From a virus (lineage: Duplodnaviria; Heunggongvirae; Uroviricota; Caudoviricetes): DNA of 5,039 nucleotides. The notes beneath the pieces were generated by a model that was given only the letters and a program-made list of their open reading frames with translations, was not told where the DNA came from and searched no databases. Made by a program: the position numbers and the translations under genes. Shown here piece by piece: positions 1 through 5,039 of the stretch. The stretch lies in IMG/VR virus record IMGVR_UViG_2695420685_000008; one strand, written 5' to 3'. Position 1 is the first letter of the stretch. Every line of letters begins with the position of its first letter.

Positions 1-3
1 CTA

Positions 4-456
<453 letters not shown>

Positions 457-461
457 AGTGA

Positions 462-466
462 TCCTT
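462..466 (-). promoter_or_regulatory. Shine-Dalgarno (AAGGA) for the 115-aa ORF
   Basis: Minus-strand sequence TAAGGATCACTATG: AAGGA sits 5 nt upstream of the ATG at 456..454. Confidence 0.5.
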
Positions 467-763
467 ACACGTCATATTTGTATATATCGAATGTTAATGT
501 TTGGGCATAAACGCCACTCACTGGAAGATATTGAACGGTGAAAGCGTTAGTACCCGGAATACAGTAAAACTCATTCCAGTACTGACTCACTCGCATTACT
601 GCCAACCAACCCGTTGGACGCATACCCGACCAGGCTACATTCCATGATGTAGTACTACCAGCCGATACATTAAGATTGACTGATCCCATGTACCGCATGT
701 TGTAATCACCAATATCGACAATTAATCGTCCAGATGCATCCCAGCATTGTAAACCCTGTGCCA

Positions 764-764
<1 letters not shown>
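465..764 (-). CDS. Hypothetical small protein (~99 aa), paralogue of the next ORF; candidate tail-tip accessory or host-range protein
   Basis: ORF track gives 465..770 from a GTG; the in-frame ATG at 764..762 overlaps the J stop as TAATG, a typical coupling arrangement. Begins MAQGLQCWDASGRLIVDIGD and contains YCIPGTNAF; both motifs recur in the 115-aa ORF. No N-terminal signal peptide or lipobox. Stop TAA at 467..465. Confidence 0.6.
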
Positions 765-4352
<3,588 letters not shown>

Positions 4353-4356
<4 letters not shown>

Positions 4357-4943
4357 TTGTATCTCCACGTTTGATCCTGATTCACCTGTCCTAATAAACT
4401 AAAGTATTCATCCCCTTTATAGAGAGATTGATATACTGAATTGGCAGCAATTAGTGGTGGCTGTCTGTCCAGCTTCTTATAAATGCTATTCACGTAAACT
4501 GTCATTTCATTCGTTTTTTCATTTGGATCGGCTACTGCCTGAATGTAATCAACAAATCCTGAGAACATCAGCATGGAGTACAATACAGTACTGTTATAGG
4601 GATTCAGGATAACGAGTGTAATATTCATCTGTGCATCTTTAAGGAAGCCCCCTAAAGCAAGTGCTCTTACACTCGTATTCACATTACTAATTTTGAAGTT
4701 AATCGCATCGTTGTTGATCCCCTTCTGTTCGCTGAAAGAAGGCAATGAACCACTAATGATATCGGGAAAACTAATGTACTGGTTGCCATTCAGATCAATA
4801 TCAATAAGTGAATCAGTCCAGTGAAAACCATTTGTACCTTTCGGGAGTACATCAAAACAGGTAACATGCACACCTAAACTCATTACATCCATGACACTGA
4901 GGCGTGTTTTAGTCGTGCCACGAACTAAGGAAGGTGCGAACAA
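4353..4943 (-). CDS. Minor tail protein L-like (tail tip complex); start codon uncertain
   Basis: 196-aa ORF. The segment DLNGNQYISFPDIISGSLPSFSEQKGINNDAINFKISNV aligns by eye with lambda gpL W-QGRQYQPYPIQGSGFELNGKGTSTRPTLTVSN, at a similar distance from the N-terminus. Position directly upstream of the K-like and J-like genes matches lambda order. The ORF-track start at 4943 is a TTG with a poor Shine-Dalgarno; in-frame ATGs at 4892..4890 and 4883..4881 are alternatives. Stop TGA at 4355..4353. Confidence 0.7.
4363..4366 (-). promoter_or_regulatory. Shine-Dalgarno (GGAG) for the K-like gene, inside the 3' end of the L-like gene
   Basis: Minus-strand sequence GTGGAGATACAAATGATG: GGAG sits 6 nt upstream of the ATG at 4356..4354, which overlaps the L-like TGA stop (ATGA). 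Confidence 0.45.
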
Positions 4944-5038
4944 GTCCCTGATATGAGATCATGTTTGTCATCTGGAGCCATGGAACAGGGTTCATCATGA
5001 GTCATCAACTTACCTTCGCCGACAGTGAATTCAGCAGT
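4925..5038 (-). CDS. C-terminal fragment of an upstream gene (N-terminus lies beyond the window end); product unknown, by position possibly a gpM-like minor tail protein
   Basis: Only one minus-strand frame is open through the right edge. Hand translation gives ...TAEFTVGEGKLMTHDEPCSMAPDDKHDLIIGTCSHLP, ending at a TAG at 4927..4925. The other two minus frames hit stops within 80 nt of the edge. Assignment to gpM rests on gene order only; I see no convincing similarity. Confidence 0.35.
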   Translation of the reverse strand, partial: TAEFTVGEGKLMTHDEPCSMAPDDKHDLISGTCSHLP

Positions 5039-5039
5039 A

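Overview
The window is one tightly packed, minus-strand operon that reads as the tail-tip module of a lambda-like siphovirus (phage or prophage). Reading in the direction of transcription (high to low coordinates): a C-terminal fragment of an upstream gene, a gpL-like minor tail protein, a small protein with an NlpC/P60-like cysteine motif (gpK-like), a 1067-aa gpJ-like central tail fibre whose first ~105 residues resemble the C-terminal domain of lambda gpI, and two small paralogous ORFs of unknown function. Adjacent genes overlap or are separated by no more than 8 nt; the ~108 nt after the last gene is the only sizeable non-coding stretch. No RNA genes, CRISPR arrays or mobile-element signatures were seen. 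The most notable observations are the apparent I-J fusion, the absence of a lambda-type receptor-binding end on J, and the two small paralogues downstream of J that each begin with the motif that ends J. All homology statements come from reading the translations against remembered lambda sequences and known family motifs; no database search was run.
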